A stretch of DNA of 64,000 nucleotides, taken from NCBI RefSeq assembly GCF_964355755.1, contig NC_092675.1, forward strand, positions 9,295,812-9,359,811, written 5' to 3'. Below, piece after piece: positions 1-14,300 of the stretch (within the stretch, counting starts at the first letter, position 1; every line of letters starts with the position of its first letter). The stretch is from Antedon mediterranea. Taxonomy: Eukaryota > Animalia > Echinodermata. The notes beneath the pieces were generated by a model that worked only from the letters and a program-made list of their open reading frames with translations, had not been told where the DNA came from and searched no databases. The position numbers were made by a program, and so were the translations under genes.

Positions 1-980
1 ATCAGAGAATCATCGGAGAGCAGCCAGTGGAGATATGTGGAATCCAAATGTAACCCAGCTGATGATGCCTCAAGAGGTCTCGATTTCAGACATTTGGTAC
101 AAAGTCAACGGTGGCTAAATGGCCCAGACTTCTTGTGGAAATCTGAAGAGAACTGGCCTAATATTCACTTGCTTTACCAGTCGGGCAGTGCATCTTGAAG
201 TTGCTCATTCGCTTGATACCGCCTCATGCATTAACGCGATAAGACGTTTTATTGCTAGAAGAGGTACACCCAATATGATACTGTCCGACAACGGGACAAA
301 TTTAGTTGGTGCTGAAAGAGAGTTACGGGAAGAAATCAGCAAGTGGAACCAAACCAAACTGACAAATAACCTTAAGTCAAAAAGGTATAACTTGGAAATT
401 TAATCCACCGCATGGTTCTCATTTCGGCGGTGTTTGGGAACGGTTAATACATTCGGTACGGAAAATATTGTACTCACTAATGCATCACCAAATGCATCGA
501 TTTGATGATGAGGGTCTTCATACACTATTCTGTGAGGTTGAAGCAACACTAAATAGCCGTCCCATTACTACTGTTTCTGATGACCCAAATGATCTGCAGG
601 CATTAACACCAAATGATTTGTTGTTGACCAAAGGTAAAGTTTTACAACCTGGAATCTTTAACAAAGATGACAATTATCCACGTCGACGTTGGCGTCAAGT
701 TCAACACCTAGCTGATCTCTTTTGGAAAAGGTGGACAAAAGAGTACTTGCCTTCGTTACAAGCACGCCGGAAATGGATAAATCCTAGAAGGAACTTTGCT
801 GTTGGAGATATAGTTTTGTTGATGGAAACCACACCACGCAACACATGGGCACTTGGTAGGGTGCTGAAAGTAATGATTGACAGAAATGGATTTGTTAGAG
901 TGGTCGAAGTAAAAACTGCAACTACAGTACTCCAGCGACCAATTGACAAGTTGTGCTTACTTCTAGAGGCAGATAACTAA
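1..980 (+). pseudogene. Decayed BEL/Pao LTR retrotransposon pol fragment (end of RNase H, integrase core, C-terminal DUF5641-type region)
   Basis: Frame 1 from base 1 reads WRYVESKCNPADDASRG...WLNGPDFLW (post-RNase H motif). It is followed by IFTCFTSRAVHLE...SDNGTN and EVEATLNSRP...LTPNDLL...RRWRQVQHLADLFWKRW. Frameshifts and a large internal deletion are present. Homologous to the intact ORF at 12997-18654. Confidence 0.93.
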
Positions 981-1094
981 ATGTTTAAAAGAGAAAGAAC
1001 TTTTAAATTAAAACATTAATTAAACAATTAATTTGTTACATTAAAGAAAGAAAATATATTTTGCCAAGTTTGTTATAGATAATTGTGGTTCACA

Positions 1095-1270
1095 ATTAAG
1101 GGGCCGGTGTAAAGGCCAAATTAAGAAGTTTAATTTTACTATTACTATACTATTTACTATTAAATGTTTATTGTGTGGCTCTAGGAAGCTAAGTTAGCTC
1201 ATTGTTCCACTTGAGTGACTCCTTGCTGATTGGGCTAGTTAGGAGAGCTCACAGGTGGCATTATTATGCA
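1095..1270 (+). mobile_element. Polypurine tract and truncated 3' LTR of the BEL/Pao fragment
   Basis: TTAAGGGGCCGG is immediately followed by TGT at 1108; the intact element has the same PPT (TTTAAGGGGCCGGGA). The right end is uncertain. Confidence 0.6.
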
Positions 1271-1314
1271 AATTAGGTCACTAATATCAGACCTAAAGTG
1301 TACAAACAAGGCCA

Positions 1315-1406
1315 TACATGGCCGCAGTCGCGTGCTCAAGTTAGTGATTACCGATAAACCGACCGACCGACATAGTGAGCTGTAGAGTCGCGTTGCACGC
1401 GACTAA
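1315..1406 (+). mobile_element. Short interspersed non-autonomous element (second copy inverted at ~6046-6152)
   Basis: AGTCGCGTGCT...ACCGACCGACATAGTGAGCTGTAGAGTCGCGTTGCACGCGACTAA matches the reverse complement of 6046-6152, which interrupts the 61-bp tandem array. Confidence 0.6.
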
Positions 1407-2876
1407 AAGAGGGGGAAAAAACCGTCGCGATGATGACGTAATTTGTGAACCATTTGATTGGTCAGTTTTAACAATCGTAACGTTGAAGAAGAACAGATTA
1501 CAATAAAGATAAGTTATTAAAAATTAAAAAAGCAGCAAAACAAGAATAGACATTTTGGCAACTTTTTATTAGAGAAGGTATGCAGTAGGCGAAATTAGTT
1601 GTAAACAATAATGGTATTATACGAGTCTGTTTATGAGTCAGTTTTGTCTGTATAAAGTGATATTTGTCCTCTCCCTTTTTCACTTCTCTTTTTCTCTTTC
1701 TCTTTTATTTTCTCTTTTACTTTTTCTTTTTTTATTCTTCTCTTTTGTCCCTTTTCTATTTTCTTTATCTCTTTCCTTCTTCTTTTTCTTTTCTTATTTC
1801 TTCTTCTTTTTTTCTTTTCAAGCTCCGATAATATATACCATTCCTTTATTATCATAAAGATTAGTTTTAATTTGACATATTTTAGTTAATGATACTAAAT
1901 AAATGACGTCGCTTGCCTCGCCATAAAGTTTCCAGAATAAAGTATGTCAATGTCAATAACCTATAACGTGAACAATACATTGAGATAGGTGCGTAAAAGG
2001 CACTAAAACATGAATGGATATTTTGACAACTTTGACATTTTCAATAGAATAAGTATTCTGTAAAGAAGTTGTAAATAATATGGTATTATACAAGACAACA
2101 GGTGATATTGTATGTGAAGTTCTGAACAAATATGCAACACCACAAATATGTGGATATACTATTCGGTAACAGATAAATAGTAATTGTTCTAGTACATTTA
2201 CAGTAAATCTACAATTGTCTTCACCAGACTCTGCTTTTAGCCATTATTTTATTTCACCCAAACAATTCACGTGGACCGACGAGCAGCGAGATCAGCTAAA
2301 TAGAAATACTGTACACTAAAAAAGTGCATTGGTAAATATGCTCAAATTTATATTGTATCGCTGAAGTTAGCTCTATAGCGTTATTTAAGATGGGGTCTGT
2401 CATTTGTTAAATCAACTTGTTTAGTGGGATAGTTTTGTATAAAGTGAAAAATTTGTTTGTCCTTTGTCTCTTTTTTTTTTTTTATTTTCCTCTATTATAT
2501 TATTTTCTTTTCCTCCTTTTCTCCTCCTTCTTCCTATTCTCTGTTTACTTATTCCTCCTTTTTTTCTTTATTTCTTTCCTTCTTCTTTCTTTTTTATTTT
2601 TTTTTAAGCTTTTAAGTCCGATATATATTCCTTTATTATTATCATAAAGATTAGTTTTAATTTTACATATTTTAGTTAATGATACTCAATAAATGACGTC
2701 GCTTACCTCGCCATAGAGCAATGAGTTGCATCCGAGTCGTCGTTTGTAACTTTCTTGGCGTTCTGGTATCAATTGAGCCTCTTTGGCAATAGTTGATTAG
2801 TTTTGATCGAGTTACTAAATATTAATCAACTACTAGTTATCATGGTTGTTTTTGTAGTATTGTACAGAAGCAATCT

Positions 2877-3610
2877 TTGACATTTGTATGTATAAATAAT
2901 AATAAATCACTTCCATCAGAAATCAAATGTGGGTCCACGGGGGTTAATTCTAGACCCCTACTATTCTTACTATATGTAAATGATATATGTAATGTCAGTA
3001 ATGTAGCTAAGGTAATCTCCTATGCTGATGATACCACTTTTATTCAAATATCTTCAATGAATGGTTCAAAGCAAACAAACTTGTACTAAATGTAAATAAA
3101 ACTAATTATGTTATTTTTACAACACAAAAAATCGTAATACCGAGACAAAATATTCCCATAAAAATTAATGGTACAAACCTAAAAAGATTAGGTATTAGGT
3201 ATTGTTATAAACGAAAATTTAAGCTGGAAACCCCACATCAAACATATATGTAATGATATAATATAAGGCCATTGGTATCTGCAAAATTAAAAATCATATT
3301 TCCTGTACACATATTAATAAATCTATATAACGCTGATCTTGTCACATCTTCAATATGGAAACCTTGCACGGGGAAATGAATACCCAACACATATTAAAAA
3401 ACTACATAAGTTACAAACATTTAAATTTTTGTAAACAATTTTAACCTACTCACAATTTATGATTTAAATAAGTTACAGGCAATATGTTTTATGACTCAAT
3501 ATCATCTTCGACAATTACCCCCTCCCTTGTGTGAAATCTTTGATCAAAGTCAAAAAAGCAAAAACCCTTAGAAATTCAACTAAAATGTGCATACCATTCT
3601 CCAGACTTGA
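2877..3610 (+). mobile_element. Degraded non-LTR retrotransposon (CR1/L2-like) RT C-terminal relic
   Basis: PLLFLLYVNDI and YADDT RT motifs, followed in broken frames by LNVNKTNYVIF and NENLSWKPHI. Many stops and frameshifts. Confidence 0.75.
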
Positions 3611-5074
3611 CGCTCGAAATGCCAACAAACATGGCAGTCATTTGATGAGTGTCGCTATACCAATTATTGTTTATCGAAAGTTGAAGACTGTCGATCAGAT
3701 TTTAAAAATATGGCGCATACGGATGCACAACTTTTGAACAGTTTGGGCACTTTTGTAAAAGTAAAATTTGACACGATATGACTTGAATGAAAAAAAAACC
3801 AATCGTTACATGAACAACATGATGAGTGTATACACGAATCTATTTAGATACGCTAGGCCTATTATAAAAATATAAATAATTGATTATTAGATATATAATA
3901 TAGCTTAGGACGTTAAGATATGCCTCGCACCTTTTTGAAATTGTACACTATATGCATCGCATGCCTCGCACTTTTGGAAATGATAAATGATGCCTCGCAC
4001 AAAAAATATTTGGCGTGCCTCGCATACCTCGCTCCCCCGCACTTTGTCAACACTCAACTAAATGGACTGTGGCTTGATTGAGAATCGAAAAACATGTGCC
4101 TACTATTTTCTTTTTCCGTTCATCGATTCTCAACCAATCATTTGAATATTTGAACAATAGGTACATTTTATTTTGATATTATTTGTGTCTTTGATTTAAA
4201 ATATTGCATCAACCTACCGAAAAAACGAAGAAAATTTTTAAAAGTTCACCAATTCTGTTCTAGGACATCGTATAATATGATGGGACATGCTTTGTTGTTG
4301 TTGACAAGCTACAGCCATTTTGCCTTTCACTTGGAAAACCGATCTAACTGTCAATCACCTCAGGTTGTCACGGAAACTCCAATCAAAAAGCATCATACTT
4401 TTTAGATCTCCAAAAATGGGCGGTCATAAACTGCAAACAGGGATTTCCTTCATCATGTTCATGAGGTGGCCAGCTGGAGAAGGTGTTAGTAATCTGGTTG
4501 TATTTCATTGAATAATTGATATTTCTGCTAATTTTCAACAGCATTTGATAGAAGACATGTGTACCTTTCCAACAATGTATTATTTGCCAAATAAAATATT
4601 AACATACTAATTTAAAAATGGCATTTAAAAATGATCAATTTTGAACTTTATTGTGCTGTGTGTGTGGGACACAGCTGGCTAAAGCCGAGGCGCGAAAAAG
4701 AGGAGAAAATACACAAAAACATTAGGCCTATATGGCCTCTATGCCTACTGAGTCGCTCACGATCGACATAGTGCTTCCGGTGGACAAATAGGGTTCATCC
4801 TGTTTTTTTTGTCCTTTTATACATCACTTGTGTTGGTCAATTTGAATGGTGGTGGTCACTATTACAATAGAGGAAAATTTTTCCCGTATCCCTACAAGGG
4901 AGTGCCCCACCAGAGGTGCTGACCGGTCGTGGGCGACCAATGTTTTTTTACTTTTTTTGGACATAATTGTTGTTGTATGTATGTAGATGCATTTAAATAA
5001 TAGTCCCAAACTGACAAGCACTCGCTTCTTTTTGGTGTCCTGTTGGATGTAAAATTGTAAATTGTAAATAGGCC

Positions 5075-5682
5075 TAATTGAATATTGTAAATTGTAATAG
5101 GCCTAATTGAATATTGTAAATTGTAATAGGCTTAATTGAATATTGTAAATTGTAATAGGCCTAATTGAATATTGTAAATTGTAATAGGCCTAATTGAATA
5201 TTGTAAATTGTAATAGGCCTAATTGAATATTGTAAATTGTAATAGGCCTAATTGAATATTGTAAATTGTAATAGGCCTAATTGAATATTGTAAATTGTAA
5301 TAGGCCTAATTGAATATTGTAAATTGTAATAGGCCTAATTGAATATTGTAAATTGTATTAGACCTAATTGAATTATTGTAAATTGTAATAGGCCTAATTG
5401 AATATTGTAAATTGTAATAGGCCTAATTGAATATTGTAAATTGTAATAGGCCTAATTGAATATTGTAAATTGTAATAGGCCTAATTGAATATTGTAAATT
5501 GTAATAGGCCTAATTGAATATTGTAATAGGCCTAATTGAATATTGTAAATTGTAATAGGCCTAATTGAATATTGTAAATTGTAATAGACCTAATTGAATT
5601 ATTGTAAATTATAATAGGCCTAATTGAATATTGTAAATTGTAATAGGCCTAATTGAATATTGTAAATTGTAATAGGCCTAAT
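5075..5682. repeat. Minisatellite, 29-bp unit (AATTGTAATAGGCCTAATTGAATATTGTA), ~21 copies
   Basis: Near-perfect head-to-tail repeats read directly. Confidence 0.97.
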
Positions 5683-5745
5683 AGAAAGTCTGAATAAAGA
5701 CTTACATACAAATCATACAAAGCACCAAACAATGTGAACATTTGG

Positions 5746-6695
5746 AAGTATAATTAAATTGTAACCATGGTATACAAGCACGATAGCATCTTTTTAAAAC
5801 TAAAGTTACTAACCAATGAAATAAACGATTATAGTATAATTAAATTGTAACCAATGGTATATCAAGCACGATAGCATCTTTTTAAAACTAAAGTTACTAA
5901 CCAATAAACGATTATAGTATTATTATAATTGTAACCATGGTATATCAAGCACGATAGCATCTTTTTAAAACTAAAGTTACTAACCAATAAACGATTATAG
6001 TATTATTATAATTTTAACCATGGTATATCAAGCAGGATAGCATCTTGTTAGTCGTGTGGACGCGACTCTATAGTTCACTATGTCGGTCGGTCTGTCTGTC
6101 GGTCCAGTATCACTATGCGTTTTAGCACGCGACTTATGGCTGTTGGCCTTGTTAAAACTAAAGTTACTAACCAATAAACGATTATAGTATAATTAAATTG
6201 TAACCAATGGTATATCAAGCACGATAGCATCTTTTTAAAACTAAAGTTACTAACCAATAAACGATTATAGTATTATTATTATTGTAACCATGGTATATCA
6301 AGCACGATAGCATCTTTTTAAAACTAAAGTTACTAACCAATAAACGATTATAGTATAATTAAATTGTAACCATGGTATATCAAGCACGATAGCATCTTTT
6401 TAAAACTAAAGTTACTAACCAATAAACGATTATAGTATTATTATAATTGTAACCATGGCATATCAAGCACGATAGCATCTTTTTAAACTAAAGTTACTAA
6501 CCAATAAACGATTATAGTATTATTATAATTGTAACCATGGCATATCAAGCACGATAGCATCTTTTTAAAACTAAAGTTACTAACCAATAAACGATTACAG
6601 TATTATTATTGTAACCATGGCATATCAAGCACGATAGCATCTTTTTAAAACTAAAGTTACTAACCAATAAACGATTATAGTATTATTATAATTGT
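5746..6695. repeat. Minisatellite, ~61-bp unit (..GTAACCATGGTATATCAAGCACGATAGCATCTTTTTAAAACTAAAGTTACTAACCAATAAACG..), interrupted by a ~110-bp element at 6046-6152
   Basis: Head-to-tail repeats read directly. Confidence 0.95.
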
Positions 6696-8380
6696 ATTGA
6701 ATAGGTTAATGATATGGGTAGATTAAAAAGTACTGCAATAATGATAGGCCTATAATAGAAAAACACAGAATGTAACAGGTTGTTAAAAAAAAGGTTTTAT
6801 GTTCTGTTCTTGTTTTAATTGCATGTTGTTTTTCTCAATTAATAGCCCTATTTTGGTATCAATTAGTTTATAAAGGGCAATATGTTTTTCATATTTTACT
6901 TCCTTTGTAGAGCTCTCAGGAAGTCTAAAACATTTTATGTGTGTGACTAAATCGTATACTTGTTAAATAGTGTATTACCTGCACGTAGTATACACTTTTG
7001 AATGTAGATAAAGGTTCATTAAGTTTAAAAAAATAATAGAAAACGGAATGATTTTATGGATGTGTAATCATCAATACATTTTTTAAGTTCTTTGAAAAGT
7101 TTCGAGGATAAGTAGTCGGTTTTATGTGTGTCAGGTCAATAGCCTATAACGTGAACTGTTTACTATTCTATTATAGTTTACACACAACACAACTAAGCTT
7201 TTCCAGTTTATTCAGAGTATACATTTAACAATACATAATATTTATTTCTACTGATACTTTACAAGCAATGCTAAAACTACATATGACATCGCAGTGTGTT
7301 GTCACAGGAGCCAGTAAATCAAATGGTTGTTATGTATAGTATATCGGTAAGGATGTAAGTGACATCCGTTAGGTAAATTGTGGAATTTGGGGACAAAATA
7401 ATTCTCCAGAATTATACCAGCCAAATGAGCGAATACTATGAGTAACATATGAATAGCGCCTGTGTTGAAGTTAGGTGTTGGATGATGCCGGGAATGGCTG
7501 GGTGGGAATATTAAAAAGTTTGTACAACTATTGAACGGCTAATTTAGCAATGAAGTGTGCTAGTATGCATCTAAGTAAACAACTAAAACACTCTGAATTC
7601 ATCAATGGATATTTTAACAACTGTAGAAACTTTCAATTAGTGAAAATAGCATTATCTAGGCCTATATAAATTTTATGAACAATAGAGTGCACATATGCAG
7701 ATATTACCGAAATAAGAACACAAAAATAAATGTAAAATTTGCTGCACCAAACATTCTCTGAAACAATTGTTATAAACTGCCTTCCCACTAAATTTAAATG
7801 CCAAACTTATATATTTATGAATCTCGGTTGGGGTTACTTTTTTCTAATTCTCACATATAAACACATATTTCGCGAGTACTTTAAAAATGATGCCCTGTAA
7901 TAGTAATTCAATTCTTTATTATTACAAAAAAAAACCAAATTTGATCAAATTGACATCAAAAAAACTAATAAACAACTTAAACAAAAACAATGAATTATGT
8001 CTCCTAAAAAAGGCGGAGTTAACATAATTGATAGCAGGAAAAATAATATCCAAATCATGGACGCCAATCAGAAAAATATTCGACAACAATTTCCAGTGAA
8101 AGCATTATTTTTAAATAGGCCATAAGTGCGCATCTTCGACTGATTATTGTTGATATAATTAAGCCAACAAACGTAAAATGGTTCATGTATCTGGTCATTG
8201 ACCGTTCTTTTAAACTGAGAGGCACAAAAATTGTATGTTTTGTCCAGACGTAACCTACTGTAAATGGCAAAAATTAAGTAGAGAATCTATACCACTTACT
8301 AAGTAAATACAGAGTTACTTTTGCAATTGCAAGTTTCTGTTATCAAGCAATTATAATATATTTTCATTAGGAATTATCTA

Positions 8381-11300
8381 TTAATTCTTCTTGGCCCACA
8401 AAAATAGTGTATCATGTCGCAGGTATTTATTTCCTCGATTGTTGACGGGAAAGTTCTTGAAGCACCATTCCGAAGCATCTTCAAACATTTCTGATCGATA
8501 CTGCTCAGGCACATACTTTATTTGATCAATAATTGTACTTACATATCCTGAAATATCATACAATGAATGTTTATATGAGTGGAATGGTACAAATAATTCA
8601 CCAAACGAGAGTTCAATGTTTGTTATTGTTAAAATAGGCGGCGCTGTTTGACTTTACGTTCAGAATTACAGTAATGATCTTAATTTTTTGTGTACCCGAA
8701 AAATAGAGGAAAAAGTGTTATTTAACGGTAGTGCGTACTATTTGCACGCCATGTGACCCACAATCGTGCAATCAAATGACAGGAATTTATATTGGTGTTA
8801 ACTGTTATAAAAATAAATTTATAAGTGTACCCATAGGGCTGGTTGGCCTATTCCTTTCGTTCCGGTGTCATCATCTCCACCCTTACGTTTGATCCGAATT
8901 TTAAATATGAAATTTGGGGCCAATATGTGAACCCTTTGAAACAAAATGAAGTGAATATCAAATGTTTATACACTAAATCAATGGTTCATGTCCATGACAT
9001 ATGCTTACCTTGTAATTCATCTTTACTAAAGATATCTAATTCCTCACAGGGTGTATGCAAGTGCCCTTTGACCTCATCAAAGCCTACCGATTTTAACAAC
9101 TGCATGTTTTCTTCTAGAGTTAGTGGGTAATATTTATTCTCGTACCCCTTCAAGATGAAAAAATGTATTATGTTTTATTTTTCCTTTGTCTCTTGTCGTG
9201 ACTAGATGAATAATAATTTAGAAAATCTCAATTACAGTATATTATATTTTATTACTGTACCTCAAGATGATTCTTCCATTTGATATGATTTTTCAAGTAA
9301 TACGGAAGTTCATCATCATTGTGGCCTCGCATTTGATTCATAGTACCACCACAAAGAATAAAACACTCTCCACCTTTGCTTAGGCAGTTGTATACATTCT
9401 GCAAAGCCTGTCTTTTGTCTTTTACCCAATGCAGTACATAAACAGAAACGATCTTGCTAAATTCGCCTTTCCAGTTTGGGTGTGTCGCCAGCAGGCAGTT
9501 TGAGATATCTGCAGTTTCATACGATATATTTGCAGCTTGATGTTTCTGTTTTGCAACATCTATCATTTCTGTTGAAATGTCAAAACCTAAAATGAAAAGA
9601 ATTAAACAGCAAATAATTATTTATGTAATTTATTTAATTATAAAAGAATTGAAGAAGTGGCACCGCATCGCGACGTCTTTGTTCTTAAGTTTTAATTCTA
9701 GCTCAGACCAAGGATATTTAACCGCTGAGCTCGACTTGTCAAGATAGGCTATCGTAACATACTTTGATCTTCGGTATAGGCTTCGACGAATTCGCACAAA
9801 GCCGAGACATTCTAGGCTATGTACACCATACGTTAAGTTTTTATTACTTTTTAATTAGGTGATCATTTTATTCTAAATGATCACTATTGTTATTGTATGA
9901 AATTTTTGTTCTTTTTTATTTCTTTCTGTACATATTTTGTGTAACAAATATCTCAAAAAGTTTAATGTCAATGATTACTAAAATTTCACAATGTCTTTCA
10001 AATACTTTAACTTAGTTCTAATAAGCTTTTCAGCGTGATCACTCAACCGTGACATCATTTATACCCCATTTTGTGAAATCACATTATCAATCATATTATC
10101 TCAATAATTCATTATCACATATTAATGAAATTCACTACACAGAAACTTCAAGTGAAGGGTAAAATATTAGCAAATAAAAACGCACGTGCACGTATGGCTA
10201 TGCGCGTGAAATCGCGCGTTAAAAATTTAAAAAGCTCAAAATTACGTTTTGATCAATTTAGAGCATGAATAAGGCCATTTGCGTGTTTCAAAAAATTAAT
10301 TAATTTTGCGCGCGCGATACCTAAAAAGCGTAAAAAATACAATTTATTTACAAATCGCATTCTACTCACAATCCTTAGTACATTCACCAAATTTGAGTCA
10401 GTTCCGACTTGGAATAACGCTATACGAGCGGTTAAAAATGACAAAATGCGCAAATAAATTGCATCAAAGTGCTAAAAATGGTGAAAAATAAGGCATTTTT
10501 AAAATGAAATAATTCTTTAGAATGCACGATGACCCCCAATTTTTTTAGCTTATTCTGGAAGCCATTGAGTTGTAGATATGAATTCATGTACACATTTTAA
10601 GTACAAAATGTTGTGACGCATCAAATGGCCACTTGAATTTTTTTTAAAGTTATTTTTATCTTTCGTCATATTTTATCACATTCAATAGAACGTATCTCTG
10701 TTATTTTGTACCCGATTTTCGCTCAAATTTTAGTATGTGATTGCTCAATTAATTGACTTTCTCATGACTTGCCACTATTTTATTTTGATGACGTCATCAC
10801 GCGTAAAAACTTGAATAACGTAGGTCGTGTAATTTCACCTTCGCCGTAAATTTGAATATCTGAAAGCTGATGAAATGTAGATATGAATTCATATAAAAAT
10901 CAAGCCTATCGGATGTTGTGACGTTAACATATGGCCAGTTGAAGTTAAAAAGTATTTCTTTAATCTTTTTCGTCACAGTTATACAAATTTCAAAGAGCGC
11001 GCACAGCACTTCTACGTGCCAAATTCTCTTCCAATTCTTATATTTATTTGCTCAATTCATTATCTTTCGAAATTGTCATCTTCGAGTTTATTTTGATAAT
11101 TCCATCATACCAAAAAAATTAGAACACTGTGTGTCCCGTAATTTCACCTATGCTACATTGTATATAAATATACATTATACTGTACATATTGTATATGGCA
11201 TATAATAGGCACAACTCAGCACTAAAAGCGTATAATAGGATGGCATACATAAACATTTTCTGATCGTATGTTAACATACGTGCATGTAAAAAAAAAATTA

Positions 11301-14300
11301 ATTTCAGTAAAATGATAAAAATGATCACCTATAATTCGTCAAAGTGACGAATTAAATTCTAGTTGTATTTTAGTACTTTGAAAGGTCCTATGTGTATGAA
11401 TGTTTGAATATGAAGTTTCAATAGGCATCTAATTTTTAAATTTGTTTTGATCGAATTAAACACAATATTTCAGTTTTGATTGTTATTTTAAGTTTTCACG
11501 CTGCTGCTCTAGCCCGCTACGTCCCATTAGGACTACTCAATCAGAAGCTAAAGCAAGCAGCAGTTATAGTTCTAAGGACGACAGTTTTGCGAAAATGCTA
11601 CAGTAGACCCAAAAAACGTCTGGGAAAAGAGTCTATTAGGACATGTCATGCTAAAATTACAAATCCCAAAGCATTTCTGGTATATTCACTGTTAGAGATT
11701 CATTGAATTATTATCGAAACAGTCCATTAAAGTTTGTGTTTGTAATAGGATACTTCACACTTGAAATATCTAGGGTGATGAAGTGACCCCCAGACTTGAC
11801 CTTAGCTATAACTAAAGTGACAGAAATTGAGTATTCACTTCTGTAACAAAAAAATAATATTTATTCACATATAAAAAGAGAAAAGAAACCCCAAAACCAT
11901 TGTCTGACAGACAATTTAAGTATTTGTTGAGGTAAAATAACTATTATGTGACAATAAAATGACACATTCGAAAACATTTTAAATAAAAAATATTTTTCAA
12001 TAACCGAGCAGCGTTTTTTGTAAGAAATATTTCTTGTTTATTTCTTTTTTCGTGAATTGAAATTATGCTTACCGTTAACTTTAAAATTCATAAAATCAGA
12101 TGTTTATACTCACTATATTGTTGTAACAGCCTCTACTGTTGGGCGTAGGTTTTCACTTGAACAATCAAATAAACAATCTCAGACAACTTGTAACGCATCA
12201 ATTTAAACACTTTATTCAACTCTCAATGGCGATGGCCATGGCAACTTGCCGATGTGATGAAGATCACGATAATGACGCTGATGATGATCAGCTATTGAAT
12301 AAAGACTGACTTTACTGATGATGATAATGATGATGATGATGATGGTTTCAACTAGAAACAAAAGATAATAACATGTTTGTATTATAACAAGCATTTACGT
12401 TTAAATAACTCTTACGGAGCTCCAAACATAACAATAACACTTCCGTGTAAATAGCTCTTGAATAGAGCCGTGCTCAATCAAGCGGAACGAGCACCGTCCG
12501 CATCACACTGGATTTCATCCCATGACAACCGCGGGAGAATTGCGAACGTTACAACATTATAAAACAAGCATGAACATGCTTTCAATCTTGGCCACAGATA
12601 GGCCTACACTCCACGCACCATTTAGACGGCGTTCGGAGTCAAATTTAACTATAATATAACTTCAATCAACTACTGCATTAATCATAATTTCTTATTATTA
12701 TCACAATATTATTCATTAGATGATTAAAACTTACGTTTGTGTCTCTTCTAGATAGACCTACGCATAGAACACATTATCTTTGTGAGCGGACATATTAGAC
12801 AACCTTTAATTATAGAGGGCGCTAAACTAAAAATGAGCCGTAACATCCCGGCCCCTTAAAGGCAATTAAATCGAGCCTTTACTATATATACATATGTTAC
12901 GGGTAACGACAAACAATAAAGGTAATAAGTCTCTTATTAAGTTCACATAAGCCAAATCCAAATATATCACTGGCAAACATCACACAATGTGCATGTCTAA
13001 TCATTTCCGTTGACTTCTAGAAGTATGATCTTAGTGATTGGTCTTACTAGAGTTCCAACCGACGTTTTCAATCTCACAGAACGCACCATTCCATCTGAAT
13101 CATTCTGGAGCACCTCTATCACTTGAGCAAGCGGCCACGAGCATCGTGGAACCGATGGGTCATGAACCAAAACAATGTCGCCAATCGCAACATTCTGCTG
13201 TTTTTTACACCATTTCTGTCGCTCTTGAAGTGCAGGCAAATATTCCCGGAGCCAGCGACGCCAGAAAACATCTGCGAGATACTGAGTTTGGCGCCAGCGC
13301 CTTCTCACGTAGCAATCGTCTGCAACAAATCGTCCTGGTGGAAGGCTGGGACCTGCTCGCAATAGTAAAAGATGATTCGGTGTTAATGCCTCATTGTCTT
13401 TTGGATCATCTGACACCTTTGTTATTGGTCTCCCATTCACTATCGTTTCGACTTCACAGAACAGCATCTGCAATGTTTCATCGTTGATTGTTTGTTCTTC
13501 CATCAGCGAGCTGAGCACCTTGCGTACTGTGCGAATGCATCTTTCCCAAACCCCACCTTGATGGGAAGCTGCCGGAGGATTGAATTTCCATTCCACGTGA
13601 TTCTGCGAGAGGTATTGGTGTATCTGTCCTTGATTCCAATCATTAATGGCCGATCGAAGCTCCTTTTGCCCCATAATAAAATTTCCTCCATTGTCAGACC
13701 GGATATGCTTTGGTACGCCTCTCCTAGCAACAAAACGTCGATAAGCATTTAAGAATGAGTTTGTGTCCAATGATGACGCGACCTCCAGATGCACTGCTCT
13801 GATTGATAAGCAGGTAAAAATCACTCCATATCTTTTCAGCACTGATCTAGCATTTTTAACCTTAAATGGTCCAAAGCAATCAATCCCCACAAAGGTAAAA
13901 GGCGGGTGCGCTGGTGTAACTCTCTCGGCTGGCAGATCAGCCATTTTTTGATGTGCTGTTGGAGCATTTCTTCTTCTGCATTGAACGCATTTCCTACTGA
14001 TCCCTTTGATCATTGTTCGTCCTCCTACTGGCCAGTAGATTTGCCTCAGCTCAGATAGGACATGATTGACGCCCGAGTGCCCAGTACAGTTGTGGTAGTG
14101 TCTTAAGATGAGTATAGTCAGATCACTGGACCTTGGTAGTATAATCTGATGTTTCAGATCTCCACTAACATCGGCCATACTCAGTCGACCTCCAACCTTC
14201 AATACACCATTTTCTAATTTCGGGTCCAACCTAATTAGTGGACTAGTTGACTTTATTGTCTTGCCTGTCTCTAAGCTTCTGAATTCCTCAGGATACGAAC

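Noticed and set aside
1631-1857. Lys/Arg-rich and Phe/Leu-rich ORFs (also 2417-2647)
   Set aside because: Translations of a pyrimidine-rich low-complexity tract.
12212-12394. Identical 60-aa hydrophobic ORF in both LTRs (possible env/accessory peptide)
   Set aside because: Begins at a non-ATG codon, and the poly-Ile run is simply the (ATC)n microsatellite.
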